Origin: Gonapodya sp. JEL0774
Lineage: Eukaryota
DNA length: 64,000 bases
Reading direction: 5' to 3'
Assembly (NCBI GenBank): GCA_027604505.1
Contig: JADIIX010000081.1
Coordinates: 1 to 64,000, forward strand
Shown here: piece by piece, positions 11,860 through 22,721 of the stretch
Layout of the letters: the number at the start of each line of letters is the position of its first letter
Numbering within the stretch: the stretch's first letter is position 1
The notes under the pieces: model-generated
The model's database searches: none
Told to the model about the DNA's origin: nothing
The model's input: only the letters and a program-made list of their open reading frames with translations
Position numbers and translations under genes: made by a program

Positions 11860-14800
11860 ATGCCTCCCAAAAAGAAGACACCCGCATCCAAGTCTGCCGC
11901 TGCTGCATCTAACGGCTCAGCTTCGCCCGCTCTCTCTGCTGTATCAGGCGTTTCGGAGGACTCTGTCGCGACTCTCGATGCTATCGAGGGGCTCTCGCTT
12001 CAGGAGGAGGATGCCGAGTCAACCGCGTCTGGAACAACGGCAGTTTCTAAGGGGAAGCCTGCGGCGAAGGCCAATGGGGCCAATGGGAAGGCCGCTAGAG
12101 TGAGTGTGACAATGACGGCGGAGGTGCGGGCGAGGGGCAGCACAAGATGTCGAAATGTAGCTCATCTCTGACCGCCTCGACCGTTTTCAACCACATTGTC
12201 GTTGACCTGATCTGTCATTGACCCCTCGGCTCTCTTGTATCACCCCTCAACCCTGTGTGCGATGTTGACTATGTAGGCGGCCAAACCGTCAAAATCCGCA
12301 CCCAAATCGAAGTCCGCCAAAGATGCCGCGGCCGCCGCTCTTGCTCCCGAAGCTGTCGACTCTTCGGTGACCGGCCGAACTGCTTCCGGTGTCCTCACTT
12401 CTCACAAAGACTCGCGTGATATCAAGATTGAGCAGGCTAGTTTGAGCTTCCACTCTCAGGTTTTGCTCAATGACGCCACACTTGAGTTTAACTTTGGCCG
12501 AAGATACGGTAAGTTGAGCAATGTGAGATTAGGAAGATTATGTTTTGGGCAAGTCCTGAAAGCCAGGAATCATCGTTGAGAGAGCCCTACCGCAATAGAC
12601 GCCAAAAGTTTCCGGAAGAAACCTTGTCGCAGTGCTTAATTATTGGGGGATGATATTCTGGACAGAGTTTTAATGCGCTGAGCTATGAACTGCGACCCGG
12701 CTCACCAGTGGCTCATTCTCAAACTGATTCTTTTACCGCAAACCCTCACTCTCCTCCTAAAACCACAATGCCCGAATCCTCGCGCCCAGGTCTCATTGGC
12801 CCCAACGGCTGTGGAAAATCTACTTTCCTCGAAGCCATGGCCGCTCGCGAGTTCCCCATCCCAGCCCACATCGACACGTACCTTTTGAAGGAGGAGTACG
12901 CGCCCACGGACATGACGGCACTCGATGCGGTCATTGAAGATGCAAGGAATGAGATTAGGCGATTGGAGACGGTGATGGAGGATATCATGGCGGAGAATCC
13001 CGAGAGTCCCATGTGAGTCCTGTCGAGTATCATGTGGGGTGGTGGTCTATCCAGTAAGCGGTCTGTGGGTATATTTGAGAAACAAAAGATTGCTCATTGT
13101 GGATTCCAGTGAATTGATGGGGATCGTTGGAGGACCGTAGAAGATTCTGATCCATGCCACACTAAAGTCGGAGGATGTCTGCGTCTGTCCACACGCTGCC
13201 ATGATTCTTATCTGTTTGTTTTATCGCATCTTAGTCTGGAAGACATATTCGCCCGTATCGACCTTCTTGACGAAGCCACGTTCGAAGCGCGAGCGGGAGA
13301 GATTTTGCACGGGTTGGGATTCACCGCTGAGACCATGAAGAAGCGAACTAGGGATCTGAGTGGTGGTAAGTTGATTAGGACTAGGGGGTTTCGATGGGTT
13401 GTTGCTCGGTTGTTACCATGCGGGGCGGTTTACGATCATTGGAATCTTATTTTCACTGACTTGTATCGTCTGCGTCGCTCCAGGTTGGCGGATGCGTGTC
13501 GCCCTCGCACGAGCTCTGTTCGTTCGACCCACGTTATTGCTGCTGGACCAACCGACCAACCACCTGTAAGTGGTTCCGTTCAATGTGTTTTGCATTCCTC
13601 AGTGAACACAAACTGATTTGTGTAATTGGTGCAGCGATCTCGGTGCTTGTGTGTGGCTCGAAGAGTATCTCGCTCGCTACGACCGCATCCTCGTTGTCGT
13701 TTCCCACTCTCAGGATTTCATGAACAATGTGTGCACGAATATCGTTCGCTTTTTGCCCACCAAGAAGCAAATGGCGTACTATTCTGGAAACTATGACCAA
13801 TACGTGAAGACGAGAGAGGAATTGGAAACGAACCAGGTGTGTTGGTTACGATATGGACCTTCTTTGATAAGAATTGCTGATCTCGTTCGTTTCGCCCAAC
13901 AGATGAAGCAGTTTGAGCGCCAGCAGTCTGAAATCAAGCACATGAAAGAGTTCATTTCCTCCGTCGGTACATACGCCAACCTTGTTCGTCAAGCGAAATC
14001 CCGACAGAAAATTCTCGACAAGATGGAGGCAGCTGGTCTTGTCGAGGAGGTAGAGAGTGACAAACAGTTTAAATTCCGGTTCGAGAACGTCGGAAAGCTC
14101 CCGCCCCCTGTACTCACGTTCACCAACGTGAGCTTCTCGTACACGGGAAAGAAGGAGAACGACATTTACCGGAACCTGGACTTCGGTGTGGATATGGACT
14201 CGAGGGTGGCGCTTGTAGGACCCAACGGTGCCGGAAAGTCGACATTGCTAAAGATCATGAGTGGGGAGCTGAACCCACAAGGTGGGCAGGTGTCGAGGTG
14301 AGAATCATTGCAATTTCGGTGGTCACGTCCGGGGTATGACCGAGATTTCATGGCAAATTAGGCACACGTCCATGAAATTGGTTCGCTACCACCAACACGC
14401 CGCGGACCAATTGGATATGAACAAGACTGCTATCGAGTACCTCCGTGATAAGGTGAGCTCCTCCATAAGATGTGCCTACCAGTTGCTTTTTGCTCACACT
14501 TCGTACCTATCTTCTTTCAGTTTGTTGACCACCCCCGCGATATCTCCTACTGGCGCCAGCAAGTGGGACGCTTTGGCTTGACGGGTAACAACCAAACAGT
14601 GGAAATCCGCAAACTCTCGGACGGTCTCCGAGCGCGTATCGTGTTCTGCGAACTGGCCCTCTCGAAACCTCACATTATCCTATTCGACGAACCTACGAAC
14701 GCTCTTGATATTGAAACGATCGATTCCCTGGCAGAGGCAATCAATGACTGGGAAGGCGGTGTTGTGTTAGGTGCGTCAGAGAGCCATTGGTGCTGTTCCG

Positions 14801-14978
14801 CCTACGTGTCTCAACACAATGACATTCTCTAGTATCCCACGATTTCCGACTCATCAGTCAGGTAGCCGAGCAGATTATTGTTTGCGAGAACCGAACGTGC
14901 ACAATATGGAAGGGCACAATCTTGGAGTACAAGGAGAAGTTGAAAAAGTCGGTACAGGGGGATTTGCACTTCGCTTAA
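11860..14978 (+). CDS. ARB1: ABC-F family ATPase ABCF2/Arb1
   Basis: Multi-exon. NBD1 GPNGCGKST / [16 protein letters not shown] / [23 protein letters not shown]. Linker [21 protein letters not shown]2 [22 protein letters not shown] / LSDGLRAR / [11 protein letters not shown] / VSHDFRLI. Stop TAA 14976-78. Confidence 0.95.
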
Positions 14979-15491
14979 ATCAGTGCGTGGACGGACTCAT
15001 TCAGTGGCGGGGTTGGCATCGTGGTGTATGGAAGCTGCGTGTGGTCTTTTGAACCGGGATTTACCGGTCCTGCCGTCGTGTTGCACCAATAGAGCACTAA
15101 AATAGGTTACATATGATGATTTCATCCTTGTTCTCACATAGAGTAGATAATGAGTTGGTGCTTTTGAACGACTTTGTCTTTGAGCGCAGCCTGGACCCAA
15201 CGCATCGTCTCTGGTTCTGCGGAAATGTGAGGGTCTCTAGTCACGATCGATTTTTTCAAATTTTCACTTTGACTCATTGAGAATACATACTTGCAACAAC
15301 AGCTCTCAACGGGGGTCGGAGGTGACAGAAAGGTGCCACAAAGCGCCACGCTGGTGGGACGGACGGAGGACTAATTTAAAAGTCGGTGGATTGACTCATG
15401 TGGTTGCGTTGCGAGCTTTGGGTGGCACTGAGTCTGTGAGGAGCGAATGGGGGGAACCAGTGCAAACCGTGGACAAAATAAACAAGCACAC

Positions 15492-16252
15492 TTAACACCT
15501 TTCCACACTCCCACAGAAATGATACAAGCCTTTCCGGTACCGCTCTCCATCGTCCAGGAAGGAGAAGGTCGGAATTTCAGAAAGAGCTCTCAATCTCGTC
15601 TGGATTAATTTCTTTCGAGAAAGGGTCTGTAGCCGCATCACAGAGCATGAGCATGCAACCCGTGAACAGTTTCGCTCTGCGTGAGAAAAACGTTCGTTGA
15701 GGTTGTCGAGGTCCGCATACTGCAGTTCGCGGCTAGTAGAGACTCGGAAGCCCCGGGAGTGATTCGGGAAGAGTAAATACTCTGTGCGAATCATCACTCG
15801 ATTGTGAAGGTGAGGAAATCGTTCATTGAGGTCGTCGAGGTTCGCATAACGCAATACGGGAGAGAGAGAGTTGGAACCACCGTGAGTGATTCGGGAAGAG
15901 TATAAACTCTCCGCGAATCCTCACTCCATTGAAGGGCGATTGCGAGGTGAGAGTTTGCAATCGCGGCAGTGAAAGTGCGGCGAAGCGAGCTGGTGCAACA
16001 AGGTCACTTCGATTTGGGGTCAGCCTTGGCAAAAAATGCCAATCGTATGCTGCCAAGGTACCCGTCCCTTCTTTGATTGTGATAGAGAAAATACAGGGGG
16101 AATATGGTGCGTTGATGGTCCGGCACAATTCATCTGGAGAAGTAACACGGGGAGCTACGCAAGGCAACTCAGAGGAACGATTGTTGCAAATGTGAAGATA
16201 TCGTCGCGCGTGGTGGACGAGGAGCTCCAATCTGGCTTTCAAGGTTGTCCAT
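15492..16252 (-). pseudogene. Decayed F-box-like gene with internal tandem duplication
   Basis: ATG 16252 gives MDNL, then a frameshift into ELLVHHARRYLH (F-box-like start). A further frameshift occurs near 15850. There is a diverged ~125-bp duplication (15691-15810 vs 15820-15935; peptides EFILFPNHSR/EYLLFPNHSR and YANLDDLNERF/YADLDNLNERF). Confidence 0.45.
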
Positions 16253-16954
16253 GACGTCGAAGGTGATGGTGGTGTTGGTGACTTGTGGAGTAATTTATGT
16301 GGCGGGGGGTATTATTGGCTTAAGATGTTGGGACTTGGTGCTGTGGACCACTCGTAGACTGCAACAAACCCTGGTAAAGGAGAAAACTTGAAATCTCGAT
16401 TCACAGGCGCGCAATCCCAAAATGGTTTATCCAGATGATTGAACGGCATAGCCAGGCTGGGATCTGCCCACTACACAGAGTTTGTGGACGGACCTGAGTG
16501 GTTGACGGAGGAGTGCAGCCACGATTGGATTGTCAAAGCAGGACGAGTATGAATGGATGCAAGGAATCCAAGGAGCAAAAATCGCTGTGCGGGCAATCAT
16601 GACCTGGCTGCTTATTGTGATGTAAGCTCTTGCAAGTCTGGGAACTGGGAAAATGGAGAAGTTGAGAAACCGACGAAAGTGAAAACCCACCCGACTCCAC
16701 GATTCTCGGCTAGTGTGGCTCTGATACCTTTCTCGATTCAGGTGCGTGGCGCTGTTATGTCGATGCCTCGACTGTTCAGTCCTCGGAACGACGGCTTTGC
16801 GACTGTGAATGGTGTTAATGCATCGGAAGCGAATCAGTGAATTGAATGGTCTGTGCGGCCCCATTTGTTGTCAATCCGCAGTGAGTATTGATGCGCATTC
16901 AATCTGTTGGTTATCCGGTACCCCACCACCATTGGAAGCACCCGTCTCCGCTGA

Positions 16955-17043
16955 ATGATGAGAAGCGAGAACATTTTGCACGTCAGTTGGAGTCAGCACC
17001 ATCTTGGTGATGGCCATGTCAAAATATTCGCCGTTTTATCTGA
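16955..17043 (+). ncRNA. Box C/D snoRNA, snR72-like (copy 1), predicted guide for LSU rRNA 2'-O-methylation (yeast Am876 equivalent)
   Basis: Box C ATGATGA 16955-61. Guide TTTGCACGTCAG(T) is complementary to conserved LSU CUGACGUGCAAA and is followed by D'-like TGGA 16988-91. Internal hairpin CACCA-tct-TGGTG. Box D CTGA 17040-43. Lies inside intron 16881-17134. Confidence 0.85.
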
Positions 17044-17243
17044 ATGAATCTCTTCCATGTTTCCAGTCTGGATTGCCCCAATTACTGTGTGATTTTTTTC
17101 TGATCCCCCTTGAAAATTTTCTCTCTGTTCAAAGTGATCCTCATATGTAACTCTCCGCGTCTTACCATTGCTCGAATGACTAAGGTGAGCCTTGCTTCAT
17201 CTTTTCATACTCCTTGTCGTGCTACTTCGCTGGAAGGCATTCA

Positions 17244-17335
17244 ATGATGAGAAGTGAGAACATTTTGCACGTCAGTTGGAACGTCACCCACCTCGGCGGG
17301 TGCCACAATGTCGAAATATTCGCTTTACTGTCTGA
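17244..17335 (+). ncRNA. Box C/D snoRNA, snR72-like (copy 2)
   Basis: Box C ATGATGA 17244-50. Identical guide plus TGGA 17277-80. Internal hairpin CACCC...GGGTG. Box D CTGA 17332-35. Terminal stem GCATTCA (17237-43)/TGAATGC (17341-47). Lies inside intron 17185-17415. Confidence 0.85.
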
Positions 17336-17608
17336 CTTTGTGAATGCATTTTGGAGAGTTCTGAAAACTGAAATCAATTGAAATGTGGTCTCATGAATTG
17401 CTTGTGGGTCCACAGTACTGCCTTGCTCCCACCCCCACCACCGGTCGGAAGCCTGTTACAAATGTTGCTTGTTCGTGGATTGTGTGGTGGGTTTGAGCTT
17501 TACCAGTTTCCTTTGGACCCATATGTCTATTTCTTTGTGCCTTGTGGGCTGCTGAGAGGGATTTCATCACACTCCGCCGATCCTCTCCTTGCGCTTTTTC
17601 GATTATAA

Positions 17609-17699
17609 TCAACAACCTACACTGGAAGCAAGCTGTAAAGATTGAAATATGCTCAACAACCTACACTGGAAGCAAGCTGTAAAGATTGAAATATGCTCA
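17609..17699. repeat. Perfect 44-bp tandem duplication
   Basis: TCAACAACCTACACTGGAAGCAAGCTGTAAAGATTGAAATATGC x2, plus TCA. Confidence 0.95.
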
Positions 17700-18306
17700 T
17701 GGGATCCTTGGTGTTCCGTCTGGTGAGCGCTAAGTCATGAGTGTGGGTGACGTGGGGCCCAGCAGGGCCAAGCCAGGGAGGGCAACCACCCCCTGACTGA
17801 GAGGACTAGATTGACTTTGTGCAATTAGCAAAAGTGATAATTCGGAAGAAATTAAGAATAGATGGCGGCTGGGCAACTCCCAACCCCATGCTGAAATATG
17901 CAAATGTTACGTATACGTCACGACCGCCATTTGATGCGTCTCGGCACTGTTCAAGTTTTTGTCTTCTTGTCTTTGCGCCGTATTCCGCGTTCATCTCCCT
18001 GCACATTTCTCCGAAAGCACGATGGCCCGATCGAAAGGAGCTTCAAGGTTCGGGGATGCGGCAATACCGTCTTTCCCATCCCGAAAACCGAAACCCGAGC
18101 TGTCCTGTCGGGACTTATCGAGTGGACAAAATTATATCGGAGGCCGAAATTCAAACAGCATTTAAGCCATTCTTATTCTCGGTGGTCTCCGCTACTGGAA
18201 TCGCCATTCAGAATCAACGGAATCACCACGATTTCCACAACGCGTCCTCTGTTCATTCAAGCCTCCTTTGAATCGATACCAATCTCCGCGGAACCACGCT
18301 CTCACA

Positions 18307-21195
18307 ATGTCGCGAGTCACACCCGAACCGCAAACCACAAGCATTCCCCTCTTGGAGAGTGCCTCTCCTCGCACTGAAACGCCATCCCAGTCTGACGGGA
18401 CAGAGGGAAGGGACCGAGCCTCCTTGGTGAAGCCGGCACGACGTGGGGTCGAAATCACTTGGAAAGACGTGAAAGCACATGTAGAAGGTGATTGTCTAAT
18501 CGTGAGATTGCCGGGTTACCTTGGCATTATGGGAAGCTGATCTGTGGGATGGGCCTTGATAAGTGGGTCGAGGCAAGAAAAAATCTACCAAAGAGATTCT
18601 TCGGGGTGTTTCTGGATCCATTAACCCGGGGGAGCTCGTCGCCATTCTCGGCGGGAGCGGTGCTGGGTGAGTTGCGGTTATGGTCAGCACAACCTTCATT
18701 ATCAAAGTTGGAAAACGCGTTACTCTCACCTCGCGCAGCAAAACTACCCTCCTCAATGCTTTATCAGGGCGCCTCCCCGGGTCCATCCAGCTGTCCGGCT
18801 CGGTTTTAGTGAATGGAGCGAAGCGGGATCGCCGTCGCTGGAAACGTGAAGTTGCTTACGTGGAGCAAGAAGACTTGCTTCTTCCGGTGAGAAAATTGCG
18901 TTCTTCGCTGTGTCGATGCGACCTCTCTCACCACCACATCGCATCTTTCGCACAAGACTCTCACGGTCCGGGAAACGTTGAACTTCGCGGCAGAGATTCG
19001 CCTCCCAGACGCCACTTATACCAAAGCCCAAAAGCTCGCCCGCGTCGAGGCCCTTCTCCATTCTCTTGGCCTGGCTGAAGTGGCGGACACACGAGTCGGG
19101 GATGCCACCAAGGGTGGCATTTCCGGTGGACAACGGAAGCGGTTGTCCATCGCCACCGAAATGGTGGTGGATCCAAAGACCATCGTGTTGGACGAGCCGA
19201 CGAGTGGGCTGGACGCATTCACCGCTTTCACATTGACTGAGCAGTTGAAAAAGCTGGCGGCGGAGGATAAGACGGTTCTGTGCACATTACATATGCCGCG
19301 GGAAACGATTGTGGAGATGTTTGACAAACTGTGAGTTCGGTGTGGCAGAATTGAGATGGAAGAAGGGTTTCGTGCTTTATGAACTCCTATTTCCTCTTTG
19401 CTATCCTCTCCTGCGTTGTCCAATCACTCCCTCCAGCATACTCATGTCTCGAGGAGAAATCGTATGGGTGGGGCACGTCCAAGATGCCATGGAATGGTTC
19501 GCTAAACTGGGACACCCGACACCGAAGAACACCAATCCAGCCGATCGTAAGTTCCGACGACATTTTTTGTCAAAGGGCTACAAGAGCTTTACTAACCTCT
19601 TCAACCAAACCCGTCATTCTGTCGCAGATTTTCTCGACATCATTTCCACAGACAACCGGACACCGGCGCTCCTGACCGAATCCCGCGCCCGCCTGGACAA
19701 AATTTCTGAGGCATGGAAGACCCGTATCAGCGCCGACGCCACTGCTGGTGTGCGGACTCGCGTCGAAACCAGCGATGGTGCAGTAGCTGTGAAAGGAGGC
19801 CAGGGAGGTGACGGGGAGGATGTGTACAGGAAGTGGAACGTGTCCATTTTAAAGGAGTTTTGGTTGTTGTTGGATAGAGATGCCAAGGCAACCTATCGTA
19901 ATGCGGCCATCATCGCGTAGGTGACTCTAAACATTATCACCTTGGTAAATATCTAAGTTCTGACATTGACCCAAACTCTAGCGCCACCTTCTTCCAAGCT
20001 CTCACCAGCATCATTCTCATTGGAATCGTATACCTCCGCCTCGATTTTTCCCAAGCCTCGGTACAATCTCGCTCCGGCTTGCTCTTCTTTATCACGATCA
20101 ACACAACCTTCACTGCATTGATACCCGTTCTGAACGCTTTTGGGGAGACGAGAAAGTTCATCGTGAAAGAGAGGGCAAGCGGTGCGTATCATGTGGGGAG
20201 CGCCTTTTATGCAAAATTGATCACAACGATGCCAGGTGAGTTGTCAAGGATTCGTTTCTTCGTCATGTCTCTTATTGAACGATATCAATTACTCCAAGTG
20301 ATCATCGCTTCCACCGGCGGCTTTGCTGCAGTAATTTACTGGATGACAAATCTCCATCCAGATGGATTGGTATACCTGAAGTGTGAGTTATTTTGTGGCC
20401 ACTGTTCAGCTCATTTTCTCAAACTATTCAATGTTGTGTAATTTTTGCTGACACGATCAAATCTTCAATCTCCAGTTTTGGTGATTATGATACTCATGGC
20501 GTATGTAGCACGTCTTCCTTCAAGTGGTGTTCATGAGCAAGTTGATGCTTTCATGTAACAGAATCACCTCCATGTCCATGGGAATGTTAATTGCCTCGAT
20601 AGCACCCACTCCGCAGATCGCGACGGTGAGCAGTTGTGGGCGTAGTCAAGTTCTGGTCCCTCACAACTTCCCCTTCTCGAACTTGTCATTCATCTTCATC
20701 TTTACTATCTCAGGTCATCGCCCCTGTTTTCAATCTTGTTTTCATTGTCTTCGGTGGCAATTTCGCGAATCTGGACGCGATTCCCGTTTTCATTCGGTGG
20801 CTTCAGTGGCTGTCTCCCGTTAAGTACACGTATAGCGCGCTCATGATCAATGAGGTATACATCGAGAATGCTTCTTTTCGCTTAAGCTGAACATTGATCA
20901 AACCAATGCTTTGGTGTCGCCCTGTAGTTTTCCGGACTCACCTTCTCTTGCGACGGTGCGGCCAACACCCGCTGTTTCTCCACTGGTGAGCAGGTTCTTG
21001 AGTACTTCTCGATCGGGAGTATAGCTGTATGGGTATCTATGCTGGTACTTGTAGGGATGAGTATTGGTGAGTTTATCATGAAGGATTTTGTGTCAAAATT
21101 TTAATGTGGTTTTATTGTATTTTGTGTAAGTTCTTCAAACTTGCGCACTTCTCGCACTAAGAAGAACAACTCGACCAAATAGCGTCATCATCTGA
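18307..21195 (+). CDS. ABCG (White-like) half transporter, NBD-TMD topology
   Basis: EILRGVSGSINPGELVAILGGSGAG|KTTLLNALSGR; AYVEQED; GISGGQRKRLSIA; VLDEPTSGLD; TNPADFLD; KERASGAY; FGGNFANLDAIPVFIRWLQWLSPVKYTYSALMINE. Stop TGA 21193-95. Confidence 0.93.
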
Positions 21196-22721
21196 GTATC
21201 ATGAGACGCATGTTCTCAAAAGTCAGTCACTTGGCAGGCAGAGATGACGAGTCATTCATTTATCGTCAAGTAGCTCGTAGTCTAACGTAGGAGGTCTCCG
21301 GAATAACATGACTTGACTCCACAATATACTATAGTAATCGTTTCTGAAAAACGGATCCTGATGATAACCTATATTGAACCTTGTGTGATTGCCTGAAGCT
21401 ATGATGAGAGGGTTGACAAATCGTGAGATGCTGTTTTTCTGCTGTTGTCTTCCGATTGTGCCTCTCTCGTAGGTGGCCGGAAGAGTTGGTGCGCTGCAAT
21501 CCACGTTCACCGCCCATTCTTACACTTCGGCTTCTACGCTATATTGACCTCTCCTAACTCTTCTGTCCTTCTTCTCCCATTGCTGCCTTCTTCTCTTGTT
21601 GGATTTACTTTTACGTGAGTGCCTTGTCCCCGGTCCCTCTCAACACAGCTTGGAGAGTTCGTGTGGATACATATTCTACCAACATACTGGAGTCATTTGA
21701 GCCTTCGAATCCTGCGCTACATCGGAATCCGGATGCTTGAACAGCGAACGCTGCACATCACCTTCATACGCAACATTGCGACCTTCGAATCACGACCGTG
21801 AAGGGGCTGTAAGGTACACTGGCGTTGGCGTGCTGGCTACCAACACCCAAAGCTCCAGGCTTCTCAACCGGGACTGCCGACTTTGCCGGTCCTATTGGTT
21901 TACTCGGAGAATTCGAGGGTCATACCATTCTTTTAACCAAGCACTTCTCTGTCACTAGCGCGGTTTTCGTTGACTTCACGACTGTGAATCATGTTCTTGC
22001 AATGATCGTGCCTGGGTCGAAGAGTAAAACATGGAACTGTACTTGTTCGCACCGTCCTCAATCCCGAAAATCGGTGCTCAAACGAACATCCTTTTAGGAC
22101 AGCATCGCTCTTGTTAGCTCGCCCAGATGAAGAATTTCACCGCATATTCAGATTCCACTGATATAAAGTTCATAGGATTGTTGAAGAGAGCCATCTGCGA
22201 TCACCTCGCCAGTCTCTCATCAGGCGTTCCGTTGCGATTGTCAAAAGAGAGAAAATTGGTCAACTCTCGGCAGCTCGGACGGAACTACTCAGTTCTGCCC
22301 TCTGATCAGTTCCGGTCACAAGTTCAAAGGCCGCCGCCGCAGTGGCAATTCACGCGATTAATTTGTTCAGAGAGGGCTTGTGTGGGTTAAGATCGGATTC
22401 AAGGATCGTGAATTAGTTGACCAAACGGTTTGCAAGATAAGGGCGGGGTTGCCACCGTGGACCGGCAATCCGGCCAAGATGATAATCTTATCGAACCCTT
22501 TATATATTTGTACACAGAGCAAACCAGTCAATCTGAGTTTCTGGACAGAAAGGGCGAGAATTTGACGAGATTAAGGTATCGCAGAAACTGGAGAGAGACG
22601 AATCGGAGACCTTGCACGATTGGAGGAAGTTCATCACGACACTGCGATATCTTCCCCATCGTGACGGGCTAGAACAGTACGGGGTCGAAGAAACAATCAG
22701 CACTGTATTCCTGAGGAGAAT

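Larger units (their letters stand above)
16860..17600 (+). ncRNA. Probable spliced non-coding snoRNA host transcript (ends approximate)
   Basis: Donor GTGAGT 16881, acceptor ...ctctctgttcaaag 17134, 50-nt exon 17135-17184, donor GTGAGC 17185, acceptor ...ccacag 17415. No recognisable protein in the exons. Confidence 0.55.

Noticed and set aside
16955..17699. Repeats as a CRISPR array
   Set aside because: Only two copies of each, no spacers, and eukaryotic context; explained by snoRNA duplication and a simple tandem duplication.
21600..22400. Short ORFs between ABCG and AVT1 as a gene or relic
   Set aside because: No recognisable motif or coherent exon chain.
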